Source: Squalus acanthias (taxonomy: Eukaryota). Taken from it: 64,000 nt of DNA. The DNA lies in contig CM059432.1 of assembly GCA_030390025.1 (NCBI GenBank), positions 99,016,001-99,080,000 of the forward strand, in the 5' to 3' direction. A program made the position numbers and the translations under genes. Shown piece by piece: positions 36,945 through 49,109 of the stretch. How positions within the stretch are numbered: position 1 is the stretch's first letter; every line of letters starts with the position of its first letter. The notes beneath the pieces were generated by a model that saw nothing but the letters and a program-made list of their open reading frames with translations, did not search any database and was not told the DNA's origin.

Positions 36945-39432
36945 CTACAAAGCTTTACTCTTCCTTGTCCTACTGCTCCTACATGCTGCAACCCCTATGG
37001 CTTCAGCAAAGGTAGAGGCAGGCTGCTCAGATCCCTGCTCTGATCATTGAGATTCTCTTGGCTAATGACCTCTCGGTGTTGGATCTCGTGAGGGCTTCGT
37101 CAAAGACTGCTCCACCTGCACCTATATAGGGGCAGACTCGGCTATCGGGAGGGACATGAGGCAACATGTCAGGTACTGGCGGAACAGGGGACAATGGGTG
37201 AGAAATGGGAGCACTTTGAGTGGAGTTCCCACTTCCATGTCCCCTTTCGCCATCATCCCTCTCATGAGCCAATAGCACTTCACTCCTACCACTTAGTTAG
37301 AGAGTACCTTGGTGCAGATCAGTGACATCCTGAAAGACTAAAGTAAAGGCACCAGACATGTTGGCATCCAGAGTCTGCATGGCCGTGGTCAAGGCATGCA
37401 TGGACTCATTTGATTGCCATGATTGATCCACGGAGTTGGCCACTCTATCCATGGAAGAAGACATCCTCACAATGCCAGGCGACATCAACCCACTCATGCT
37501 TGAGCTGGACTCCTCCATTCTCTCTGCAATCATGGATAGCGTGTGTGGAAGGCCTGTCAGTACATCTCAGATTTTATGCGGCCCTTCAATGATTACCCTT
37601 TTCATTGATGGTCCCCAGGGTACAGCATCTGTGTCTAGCTGACCAGTGCTTGGAGAGTGCTGGGCCCACCAATGCAGACTCTCCACAGGTGTCCCTACTA
37701 GTACTGTCACTTGTGAACTGTGAGTCACCAGGTGAAATCCCAACTACCTGTCTAACTGGATCCACCGAAGTGCAAGTATCTGAGCTGGTGCATGAGTCCT
37801 GTGAAGGTGCACCCTCAGATAGAATCAGCTCCTCTGAGGATTCGTCGTCTGTGAGATTCGCCAACTGCAGCTGTGCGCATGAAGGCCCTGGCAGAAAGAT
37901 AAGGGCCAAAAAATTCGGCCCTTCCCGCGTGAGTACACAGTGTGTACTCACCCATATTGCTTCCCGAAGTGCCGGTTTCCTGCATGCACTGCGCATGCAC
38001 GGGAAACCGGAACTTCCGGTATGGTGAAGGGGGCGGTTCCTAGGTGAACCGCGTGCGTGGTAGAGGCTGTGCGCACGCAGCACACTTAGATTTTTTTTCA
38101 GGTTTCTACGCGAGGGTAAGTATTGAAGATACTACGCTAATAAAAAGGAGGCGTAAGACCCCTTTTGAACAAGGTAAGTGGTTAATTAAGTATAATTTTA
38201 AATTTTTTTCAACAGGTTTATCTTTTTTAGATACTTTAAAGAAAGGTAAGTTTATTTTTATAACTTTTAAAAAGTCTTTTAATTTTTTCAAAAATTTAAA
38301 TTTTTGTTTAAAGTGGTTAATTTATTTAACTATAGTTATTTTATAAACGTGATGGTTTTTAAAAAAAATATTTTAAGTTTAGCTGTTCTTTTGGGGCCGA
38401 TTTCAATTCACAGATTTGACAGGTCTCCTGTCAAATCTATGAATGAAAGATGGTCTGCTGCCATTGGCTCTCCATGGGCCACGTGATCCCAGGGGTCGCA
38501 TCGCACTAACTGCGCCCCTGGAACATGCAAGCACTGCGCGCCGGCTCTTGGGAGAGGCCCAGGACCCGAAGTTCCCGTGGGCCCAAAACACAACAGCAGG
38601 CGCGGTGGGTAAGAGCGCGCGCGATCCTTACCCACGCGGCAAGCTGGACATGCAAATTTCTGGGCCAAGATATGAACGAGTACTGGCAAGGTAAAAATGT
38701 TGTAACTTATCATTATGAAGATGATGATATTTCATTCGCTGTTGAAACCAAGTCAACATGACTGAGTATTGTATGACATGTGGGTTGCTGATATTTAAAT
38801 CGGTCACCAGGTAGCTGGGAGACCCCCATCTCCCCATCTCCAATGGTCAGGAACACCGAAACACCACTAATCTCCAACTCTTCCTCCTCTGTAGTTATCA
38901 GCTGTGAGATCTGTGGAGGACCACCTCCAGTCTTCTTCCTCTCCCTTGTGTTCTGCACTCTCTTCTCCAGGGAAAGAACTGACCTATGAGTGCATTTGGT
39001 GAGGGTGACTTTCAGGGAGAGGAATCAAATTGATAAGGATCAGGGTGAATGGCAGTGGTGGATGGATAGATGGGGATGTAAGGAAGTGCATGGAAAGAGA
39101 ACGATGGTTCGGGTGATGCACACATCAGGACGTAGGTGAGTATGCAACTGTACTCACCTTTCCTGACCTGGTTAGGTTATTCAAGCACTTCCTGCACTGA
39201 ATCAAGGAACGTGGCACAATGCTCCTGCTGCTGCCCTCCTCGGCCACCTCCAGCTGCTCACAGCAACTATATATGTAGATATACCAAGAATTTCCTTCTT
39301 TGTTGCACCAGCAGGTTACTTCCTCCCATTGCTGGGAAAGAGTATCTCTTTACGAACCCTCATTGCACCCAGCAGTACATCAAACAATGCATCACTAAAT
39401 TGAGGCGCAGCCCTTGACCATCCTGAATCCAT
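36945..39432 (-). pseudogene. Myb/SANT-like gene of Harbinger F (3 exons)
   Basis: Exon 1 39432-39158 (MDSGWSRAAPQFSD...QCRKCLNNLTRSGK|GTGAGT). Exon 2 ~38967-38808 (RERKKTGGGPP). Exon 3 from 37877. A MITE sits in intron 2. Confidence 0.82.
37894..38666. mobile_element. MITE family 3, copy 2
   Basis: Ends GGCCAAAAAATT / AATTTCTGGGCC and TSD AAG. Homologous to 32232-32973. Confidence 0.9.
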
Positions 39433-40101
39433 TATGAAACTTCTCCCTCTCTTTGTGCAAACTCCTAATTCCTCCAAATTCCATCTTTGGATTGGCCCTT
39501 TAAATACTCTACGCACCACGCCCGCTGCAGCGCATTCAACGCCAAACCCGGAAGTAATATTCTAATTGGTGGCTACATTAAAATGCCACAGACCGACGCA
39601 CTGAAAGTTCTTCCGGGTTTCCCATGTGCCTCAGAGTTATTATCGGGGCCAACGTTTCAGGTCGATGACCTTTCATCCAAAATGAGAACTGATATTTGTG
39701 TTGTGCTCTTATATCATGGGTAACGTTAATGACACCCAGAAAATCAGCCTCATGCCTTCCCTTCCATGAGTTAGAATCTAAGCAGCAGGAAAGGAGTTAG
39801 TCGATTTAGCTTTAGACATAATTGGGAATTTCCTCACAGTTACCCCCAGCTCACACTGCAACGAAAACCAAGTATACATGTGTTAACGGGGATTTTGTCG
39901 CACTTCCTGGCAAATTGCAGCAGCAGAGCATAAGTAGCTCTAAGGAAATTCTTGGTACAGCTACATATATAGTTGCTGTGAGCAGCTGGAGGTCACATTA
40001 ATCTAGGGGTAGACAATAATTTGTGAGCAGCAAGCAGGTGCAATTTCTGTAGCAGTAGAAAAAGTTTGAAGGAATTTTGAAATCTTTCAGTCTGAACTGA
40101 A

Positions 40102-43100
40102 GGGCTCGATTTTAATTTCTGAGGCGGGTTGGAGTCGGGTTGCGTGGAGGGCGGGTTCTGGAGCCGCTTCCGGCGGGATCAACTGCTGATGTCCGATTTT
40201 GATTCAATGAGCTTGTTAATTTCATGGAGGCACGCTGGCCGGTCCAATGCGTGTGATCGGGTCGGCTGGCCGCCTCTGATGACGTCACATTAGCAGCTGC
40301 TTTTAAAGCTGCCATCCAGCCTAAGCCTTTCCATTGTGGTTTCCTGGACTTGATTTAAACGCTATGACTTCTTCCAGAGGCAAGGCAGCTCCTCGTTTTA
40401 ATGATGAGTCCCTCCAAGTTCTTGTGGATGCTGTCAGAGGGCGCAGGGAGATTTTCTTCCCTCCTGATGATCAGAGGAAGCCTCCTCAGCAGACCAAGGC
40501 AGCCTAGCTGCGCATTGTTCATGAGGTGAGCGCAAGGTCCATTTATGCACTCTCATGGATCCAGTGCCGCAAAAGGTTTAATGATCTTGTGCGAACATCA
40601 AAAGTGAGTATCCCATCTCACTTGCCTTCACTCTACTTCCCTTCTCCTCTCATCACTAGCACTCTGCGTTGTAAGCCTCCTCCTTCACATCCCAACTTAC
40701 TCTTACTTCCCTTGCACCCTTTCCTATCCATCTCTGTCTCTGCACTGAATCACTTCAGCATCCTGCCTATGCACCCCTTAGACTCGCTCTCACACAGTGA
40801 CAACAACTAACAACGCACAGGGAGCTACCTTCCTCTTGGCACCTTACCCCATCTTCGTCTCACTCAAAGATTCTATGGTAGGGATTATTCACACTCACTC
40901 CATCACTGTGGCTGAAACACCGCTTGTGTCCCTCCTTGCAGGAAAAGATAGCCCACAAAAAGAGGGAGAGAGCAATTACTGGAGGAGGAACACCTGCACG
41001 AGCAACATTGACCAGTGCTGAGGAGGCTGCTAACGAGATTGTTGGAGGTGGCGAGGACCTGCAAGTGGGCGATGGAGAGACGGGCACACTAGAGGAAGCT
41101 GGTGACATAATAGGGTTTCATCCCTCTCAGAAAGCAATGGCATATGACGTTCATAGAGAATGGCATTGTATCATCTGCTCAAAAGGATGTGTCTGCTACA
41201 TCAATATCAGATGTCAAAATCATACCTTTACTCTCACACAGGATCATCGAGAGCTCCCCTCCCCACAATCCAGGATGAAGACCCAGACAACTCCTCAGAG
41301 GAACCTGAAGCCTCTGAGGGAGCAGGCTCACCAGGACTCAGCGCACCCAGCACCAGCGCAGCAACGCACACTCAGTGGGGCCATCGCGAGTTAGAGTAGT
41401 GTTGGCACCTGGTCTATCACAGCGCACAAGTGAGCATCAGCAGATGGTGGAGACAGCGATAGCAGTGGAGAGTCCTCGGTGGAGGTCTCAGGACTCTCCT
41501 AGCTCTGCTGAGCTGCATGCAGATGCTGTGCCTCTGCAAGGGTTTGTCTCCAGGGTTAGTGCGAGTGTGGAGGGAATGGAGGAGTCCATCTCTAACATCA
41601 GCATTGCCGTGGTGAAGGCAATGGTGCATAAACGCACCACCATGGATAGGATGGCAACCTCCGTGGAAAGGCTGGCTACCTCAGTGGAAAGGATGGCTAC
41701 CGCCATGGAGGAAATAAGTCGCCAGAGTCAGGAAAACATGGTGACTGTTCAGAATAGAATGACATCTCTGGAGGAGCGATGGGCAGCTATTGAGCAGAGA
41801 GACCAAAGCTTCATGGATGTCCTTGTGATGAGGACTGCCAGTGCAGATACGGGTCCTCATGGTCCCCCTGAAGTGCAGCAAGGTGCTCTCCAGCCACTTG
41901 CCAGCACTGAGGTGTGGCTGACCCTAAGAGGGATGTTGTTGGCAGGACAGAAGGAAGTGTGGGCTCCTCTCAAAGCGCTCACACGACCATGCCACTGCGG
42001 AGTCCTCGGTCAGAGACCCACTTTGCAGAGACAACTGAGATGGCCGTTTCAGCCCCTGCACAGCCGCAGGAAGAGCAGACTGTTGAAGAGCCCTCCCAGG
42101 CTCCCAGGCTCCAAGCCCAGAGGACGCCCGCCAAAGGCATCTAAGCAGGCGCAGTATCCTAGTCAGCAAGGTGCCTCTACATCTGCTGAAGCCACAGGGG
42201 AAGCACCATGTAGAAGCACACGTCAGAGAAAGATTAAGCACCTATAGTCACAAGGGGAGTCACTTGGGTGATGTTTTTTTTTTCTGACTCTTGCTGGTTT
42301 ATTATCCTTTTGTCATATGTTAAAGATAACTTATGTCAAACATTTGATTGTGTGGCCTATGTGTTATGGGAAATGGCAAAAGCGCATTGAGGGCTCAGGG
42401 TGACTTGCTTTTGTAATGCTAATGGTAAAAGTGATAAGGAAATAACAGGGTATAGCAGAGATGAAGTATGACATTGGACAAGTGTCGCCTACAATTACAG
42501 AGCCATATGGTGGCCACCTATGGTTGAAGAGTAAGCTTATGCTAATGTGGTATTGCAGTGTGCATACCCTGGTTGACGGTAGCAGTGAACTGGAGGGATG
42601 CTGCATTGGTCACAACAGGGCATGCAAGGCGCACCTCATCCTCCTCCTCCTCCTCTTCCCAGGAAGATCTGCGCTGAGTCACGCAGCTGCTACTCCTCCG
42701 ATTATGAGGACCAGGATGAGAGGGCATAAATTTTTCTCATCCCCTTGCTATAGATTTCATTTGAGGCAACAATCTTGCAAGTGTACAGTTGAAGTTGCCT
42801 GAAATAATTCCATTCAGGTCACACTGCAGATGGGTGTCAGCTTGAACAGTCACAAGGTCAGTAGATGTACAAAATCTTATCCCATACCTACAACAGCAAA
42901 GTTGTTGCATTTGAATGTCAGCCATGTTTCAGGGGCACTTTTAAAGCACTCCACCAATGCATACAAATCAGGTCCTCCAGCAACTCGTCTCCTTGAACCT
43001 GGTCTGTTTCTGACAAGTCGGGAAACAGGAGCCAGAAGCACAAAAATGGGAAACCACTATGAAAATAGGATTAGCAAGGCAGTTAACAAGCTGTTAACTG

Positions 43101-43278
43101 CCTTAACTACCTGTCCCACCAGTTCCAGATGGGTCAATTTGGGAGCAGCTAAACAGACACTCAGGAAAATCGGGTAGGGCGGGATGGAGGCGTGTTGGGT
43201 GTCTGAAGACATTTTTTCCGATTTTCGCAACAGACCCACCTCCAAACCCGCCTCCTCAGGGCTATTAAAATCGAGCCC
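40102..43278. mobile_element. Harbinger copy C, transposase internally deleted
   Basis: 15-bp perfect TIR GGGCTCGATTTTAAT / ATTAAAATCGAGCCC. Myb-like gene on +, only a short acidic transposase remnant on - (~42730-42600). Related to copy A. Confidence 0.88.
40364..42247 (+). pseudogene. Myb/SANT-like gene of Harbinger C (3 exons)
   Basis: Exon 1 40364-40603 (MTSSRGKAAPRFNDES...TKAA*LRI...WIQCRKRFNDL|GTGAGT). Exon 2 40942-41101. Exon 3 41242-42247 with frameshifts. TAG at 40505-40507. Confidence 0.88.
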
Positions 43279-44417
43279 ACAGTGTTCCTTCACGGCAAAA
43301 TAAATCAAACTGAAAATATTTGTCTAGCTGGGAAAGTTGCTGTGATGTTTTTAAAGAAAAATTTTCAAATAACCATTCAAGGCAGTTCATAAATAATGCA
43401 TTTTACAAGGATACAAAGTATGCTTACTAACACAACTACCACAATCACCCTCAAAAAGTAAAGGTTTGTGAAAAAACGAGTAAATACAATCATTTCCGCA
43501 TAAATATAACATTGTGCAAAGACATATTTACATCTTTCCTCAGCCCTTTATGAAAACTACTTTAATTCTGAACCATGCCTTGATATGTTTTGTTAAATTT
43601 TTAATGAAATGCTTGAAATTTCATTGCAATCCTGAGAAAGAAAACAATAATTATTGCAGCTGTAATAAATTATACAATAATTTTCCACAGACACAGTGAC
43701 AAAAAATATTATTGATATTGTTCCATATAATATTCACCACACATATCTGTTGCTGCCTGTTAATTGCATACCATCAAGAAGTTGAGTTTTCAATTACAAT
43801 TAATAATATGCTACGATACCCCAGATGAACAAACACTCACTTGCCATAGCTATGGTCCCTGTGAGTCATTTTAATGTCATGTCTGAAATAGAGGCTGCTG
43901 CCTCGAACCGCACTGAGAGCCAGATGTGTGCCAATAAATTACCACATCTTTATCTAATCAGTTCTTCATGCTGATACTTCCCCTGCTCCAACAAAATAAC
44001 ATGAGCAAGGAACATGGTGAATATAGTCTCTTGTGCCTTTCAAAGCCATCATTTATAATCTGTGAGTCAAACATCCCTTCTGGGAACCTGCTCTTGAAGT
44101 TTCTCATCATAAATCTTCATTGGGAAGCTTCCAATCTATCTTAAGCATGACTCTTTTCACATGTAAATAAACAGAAACCTGCTTTATTTAAACCTGGTGG
44201 ACTTCTGAGACATCAGTGCTAGCCAAACGTAATTACTCTTCATGTATGGTGCAACATGCAAATTGTAAGTAATTCAATATGTGCGACCATTTCCAGTTCT
44301 ATTCATTGCATAGCAGATAACATGCACACCAAAAGGAGTAAGGTCATTTGAATGCATAGCGTTATGTTGCAAGTCATTGCTTACTAAGGGGACAATGATT
44401 AAAATCTAAATTGTAAT

Positions 44418-45161
44418 GGGCCGTATATTCCGATGCCTACGGGTGTGTACGAGTTGTGTACACACCCGTAGGGACATCGGAAATGCCGGTTTCAGGCATG
44501 CGAAGTGCATGCGCTGAAAACCAGCATTTCCGATCTGTCAATCTACGTCTGCCCTACAGAAGGGCCTCTGTGGGCGGATAGTTCTGCTTTCTGGAGAACC
44601 TCCGCCCGCTGAAAACCCTTAGAAATCTTACGCCTGGTAAAAACAGGCGTAAGGCCTGCTTTTACCAGTATAAGAGTTGAAAAAAAGTTTTTAAAAAACC
44701 ATTTTCACTCATTTATCATTTAAAAATACTTTTAAAAAAGGTAAGTTTATTTTTAGCCCCGTAAAAAACTTTAATTATTTTTTTCAAAAATTAAATTTTT
44801 GTTTAAAATATTTAATTTATTGTAATTTGAACTCATTTTAAAAAAGTGATGGTTTTTAAAAAATGTATTTAATGTTTTACTGTGTTTTTGGGGTGATCTC
44901 CATTCATATATTTGACAGGTCTATCTGTCAAGTGTATGAAGGGAGATTCCTTTCGCCTATTGGCTCCCCATGGCCCACGTGATCCCAGGGACGCTTGCGA
45001 ACCACATGCACCTCTGGGATACGTGGGCCCTGCGCATTTCGAGTTTGGAGAGGCCCAGGAACGGAAGTATACGCACCTCGGGAGCCCTCAGGTAAGTTCG
45101 TAGATTTTTCCAGATCGGAAGCCTCCGCACGCAGGAAGCCTCCGATCGGAAAATATAGCCC
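44418..45161. mobile_element. MITE related to family 3
   Basis: Ends GGGCCGTATATTCCGAT / ATCGGAAAATATAGCCC. Shares the AT-rich core and CCATGGCCCACGTGATCCCAGGG with 37894-38666. Confidence 0.8.
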
Positions 45162-45366
45162 AAAATAATTCCTGACCAGTTGCCTTTTCTAATATCCTCA
45201 CTGTTTTACTGATACTTCAATGAATAAAATCTTTTTACTGTTTAGAATGGAGGACATTTCTCTTACAAAGCAAAATAAAACCTTCCAATGTTTTTAATTT
45301 AAACAACAGTAACTTGCATTTATATAGTGCCTTTTAATATATGCTTCAGAGAAAGGCATAAGAAAA

Positions 45367-45831
45367 AACTTTCATTTATATAGCGCCTTTCATGACCACC
45401 GAATGTCACAAAGCGCTTTACAGACAATTAAGTACTTTTTTTTGAAGTGTAGTCACTGTTGTAATATGGGAAACACGGCAACCAATTTGCACACAGCAAG
45501 CTCCCTCAAACAGCAATGTGATAATGACCAGATAATCTGTATTTTAGTGATGTTGATTGAGGGACAAATATTGGCCAGGGCACCAGGGATAACTCCCCTG
45601 CTCTTCTTCAAAATAGTGCCATGGGATCTTTTTCGTCCACCTGAGAGAGCAGATGGGGCCTCGGTTTAACATCTCATCCGAAAGACGACACCTCCAACAG
45701 TGCAGCACTCCCTCGGTACTGCACTGGAGTGTCAGCCTAGATTTTTGGGCTCAAGTCCCTGGAGTGGGACTATGAACCCACAACATTCTGACTCAGAGAC
45801 AAGTGGTGCTACCCACTGAGCCACGGCTGAC
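45367..45831 (-). mobile_element. tRNA-derived DeuSINE (SacSINE1-like) with L2-type tail
   Basis: On -: A box TGGCTCAGTGG, B-box-like GGTTCATAGTCCC, Deu-type core GATGAGATGTTAAACCGAGG...AAAGATCCCATGGCAC, and tail GGCGCTATATAAAT like the L2 3' ends. Family assigned by recognition, not by search. Confidence 0.75.
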
Positions 45832-46026
45832 AATCTAATAAAATAGATGCACAGCCAGGAAGGGAGAGATTAGAGGGTCGATTGAAAGTTTGGTTGAAGA
45901 GAAGGATTTTGGGAAGGTTTTTAAAGTGCTGGGTGGATCCAAAACTGGGGGAAAGGCAACCGAGAGGGTTCAGGCGCATGGATGGCCTTGTAGCAGGCTG
46001 GAAGATTTTTTGGGGCCAGGAAGACC

Positions 46027-46130
46027 ATTCAGGCTCCTCCCGGCCCCATAAAAATCTTTAAATAAATCTCTACTTATCATTCAGGCTCCTCCCGGCCCCA
46101 TAAAAATCTTTAAATAAATCTCTACTTATC
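46027..46130 (+). repeat. Perfect 52-bp tandem duplication
   Basis: 46027-46078 equals 46079-46130. Confidence 0.9.
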
Positions 46131-46205
46131 TGTTTTCTGAGCAGCTTCTGTTGTCCATTTGAGGACCACTTGTTAGGCCACTCAATGCCTAATACCAGTG
46201 GACGG

Positions 46206-47105
46206 AGTTTTCGCATATTATAAATAGGCTCTTGCCTGAAAAGCCCTGGTGAAGGCCCCAAGGAAAATGGCAATGGAAGGATCTAGAACGGAAGCGGGAA
46301 CAGGGTATTAAGTTCTGCACCACAATTTTCAGGGTGCTACTGCCCTGTTCCCACTCGGGTCGGAGTCTCAAAATTGGAGCCTAAGGGGGTAATTTTAACC
46401 TAAATCATGGGAAAGCCACTGGATTGGGTGGAATATCGGTTTTACACCCCACCCAATATTAGTCTCCATTGACTTCAATGGGGAGTAAAATCGAATGGGG
46501 TGTAAAATCAGCATTGCACCCAATCCCATCAGTTTCCCGACGGGTGGGTTTAGGTAAAAATATCTGCTAAATTTCTGCCATGAGCTGTAATTGGATTGGT
46601 AAGTTTTCATCACTTCAAAGCCAGTACACACTGTGCACTGGAAACTCAAAATCTCTTCGGTGCCCTAAAACTGACATAGCCTATGTCAGTTTTCGCATAT
46701 TATAAATAGGCTCTTGCCTGAAAAGCCCTGGTGAAGGCCCCAAGGAAAATGGCAATGGAAGGATCTAGAACGGAAGCGGGAACAGGGTATTAAGTTCTGC
46801 ACCACAATTTTCAGGGTGCTACTGCCCTGTTCCCACTCGGGTCGGAGTCTCAAAATTGGAGCCTAAGGGGGTAATTTTAACCTAAATCATGGGAAAGCCA
46901 CTGGATTGGGTGGAATATCGGTTTTACACCCCACCCAATATTAGTCTCCATTGACTTCAATGGGGAGTAAAATCGAATGGGGTGTAAAATCAGCATTGCA
47001 CCCAATCCCATCAGTTTCCCGACGGGTGGGTTTAGGTAAAAATATCTGCTAAATTTCTGCCATGAGCTGTAATTGGATTGGTAAGTTTTCATCACTTCAA
47101 AGCCA
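46206..47105 (+). repeat. 418-bp direct duplication with 64-bp spacer
   Basis: 46206-46623 appears identical to 46688-47105. Confidence 0.92.
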
Positions 47106-48182
47106 AAACTGCTTTACATCAAAACTAGCTGTATTTTAACTGAGCTAGTAATTACTATTGATCTGAATATTGGTTTGAAGAAAGATTTGTAGCAGTAAGG
47201 AAGTATAACTCTTGATCTATTGCAATCATTACTTTTACCCATTTTGTTTTTGTAACTTGCTTTGTGCTTGAATCAGTGGCATTTACTCATGACATTATCC
47301 ACAAGTCTGTGAAGGTGATACCACTGTATATGGGGACAGTTTGTGGCATTTGACAAGTGAGGTTCTAGTGGAAGGGATGCTTTTGTGCTAGAAGAGCATG
47401 AAAGCAAATTGATTAGGTTATTAAGTCATTTTGTTACAAAGCAAATGTAATCTGTCAGCCTGTTGAAAAGTACTGATATCGTTAGCTTCACAGCTACAAT
47501 TTGAAATCTTTTTAATTCTTAACAATCAGCAAAAGGTCAGAATGACTCAGTGTTGATTTTTTTTAAAAAGACGGTTTGGGAAGACACAATGGCAGTTATA
47601 TGTTTATTATGGCCATTATGTCTGACAGCAGAGCACTGTTACAGCACCTCAAAGGATCCACGGCAATTAATATATTGTGTTCCGCATCTTGTCTAGTGTC
47701 TAAAATACATTCTCAATTAACCACATTTATTTCCTTCCTGTCTGGAAACAACTTCATTTTTTTGAAAGAATAAATCATGCCTGCCATTTCAAATCCATAC
47801 AGCACATACTCAGCACAGCCACTGGGCTTACTCGATTCTTTACTGGAAATATATAACGTAATATTTCAAGGAAAGGTTCAGCAGTTTGTGGGAATCTCTG
47901 ACAGGTCAATTTATAATTTAACTCATGCTCCACGATCTGAAATGTTCTATATGTATTTCTGTACATATAGTTTTTGTTATCTAATTCGGTTCTACCACAG
48001 ATACCTACTCGAGCACAGTGGTGCCAGCCATTCCCTTATACAGTTTAGTTGCCTGCTCCTTTCTGAGGTTGACTCCCACTGCAAGTTAGCTGCTAGTGCG
48101 GTAGCAGGAACCGAGAGTGCAATAATTGAATTCCTGTGATCTGGACCGACCTCCGTGTCTTGAACTCATGTACTCTTTTATT

Positions 48183-48925
48183 GGCCCAGAAATTGATCTC
48201 GCTCTGTTCCCGCGGGGGTAAGCCTTCCCCGCGATGTCTCACATCGCTTATGCTTTTTCAGATCCAGCTCGCACGAACTTGATGTTCCAGACATCAGCTG
48301 TGCTGGGCTTGCGTATCCCAGCGGCGTAGTGAATTCGTGCGAGCTGTGGGATCACGTGACTCAGTTAGAGCCAATGGCAGCACACCATCTTCCATTCATA
48401 AGTCTCACAGCATGGCTGTGAAATCTATGAATCTTACACCCCCCCAAAATAATAGCTAAACCTCAATTAAATTTAAAAAAAAAACCATCACATTAATAAA
48501 ATAAGTATAGTTAATTAAATTAACCATTTTAAATAAAAAATTAAATTTTTGAAAAAATTTAAAATCTTTTAAAAAGTTATAAAAATAAACTTACCTGTCT
48601 TTAAAGTCTCTAAAAAATATATACCTGTAAAAAAAATTCAAAAAAATACTTAATTCACTACTTACCTTCTTAAAAGCGGGTCTTACTCCTCCTTTTTACA
48701 TTTCCAAAATCTTCCCTACTTACCTGCGCGTCCAAAGCATGAAGTGCACAGCGTGCGCGCAGCCTGTAGCGCGCACGCGATGCACCCAGGCCCCGCCCCC
48801 TTTTCAGAAGAGCAATTGCCGGTTTTCAGCGCATGCGCAGGGCATGCAGAAAACCGGCAATTGGAGTGGGAATACGCGAGAGTACGCAGTGCGTACTCTC
48901 GCGTCCCGGGATCAATTTTCGGCCC
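48183..48925. mobile_element. MITE family 3, copy 3 (inverted)
   Basis: Ends GGCCCAGAAATT / AATTTTCGGCCC and TSD ATT. Reverse complement of 32232-32973. Confidence 0.9.
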
Positions 48926-49109
48926 ATTATTTCTGAAGGGAAAATACAATTAGGCGTCATTTGATTTGGTTTGTTAGATGCTTTATTATGCAATAGGTCA
49001 AACAGTTAAAACACAAGGAGCATGCATACACTAGTCCACTTGGGGGGATCCTTACTTAATACAGAAAAGTAAAGTTGCTTTGCCATTTGTCCTGCTGAAC
49101 TTGTAGAGT

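Larger units (their letters stand above)
34347..39650. mobile_element. Full-length Harbinger copy F (decayed)
   Basis: TSD AAC (34344-34346, 39651-39653). The flanks rejoin into a Penelope hammerhead module. Transposase on + and Myb-like gene on - are convergent. Confidence 0.88.

Noticed and set aside
42730..42970. Captured host DNA inside Harbinger C
   Set aside because: More simply read as the native region upstream of the deleted transposase gene. There is no evidence of foreign origin.
43841..43882. Candidate 42-nt minus-strand exon with good splice sites (HDIKMTHRDHSYG)
   Set aside because: Too short to distinguish from chance without transcript data.
45760..45831. tRNA gene
   Set aside because: It is the tRNA-derived head of a SINE, with no intact cloverleaf.
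46027..47105. CRISPR-like repeat array
   Set aside because: Only two-copy duplications, no repeat-spacer periodicity, and a eukaryotic context.
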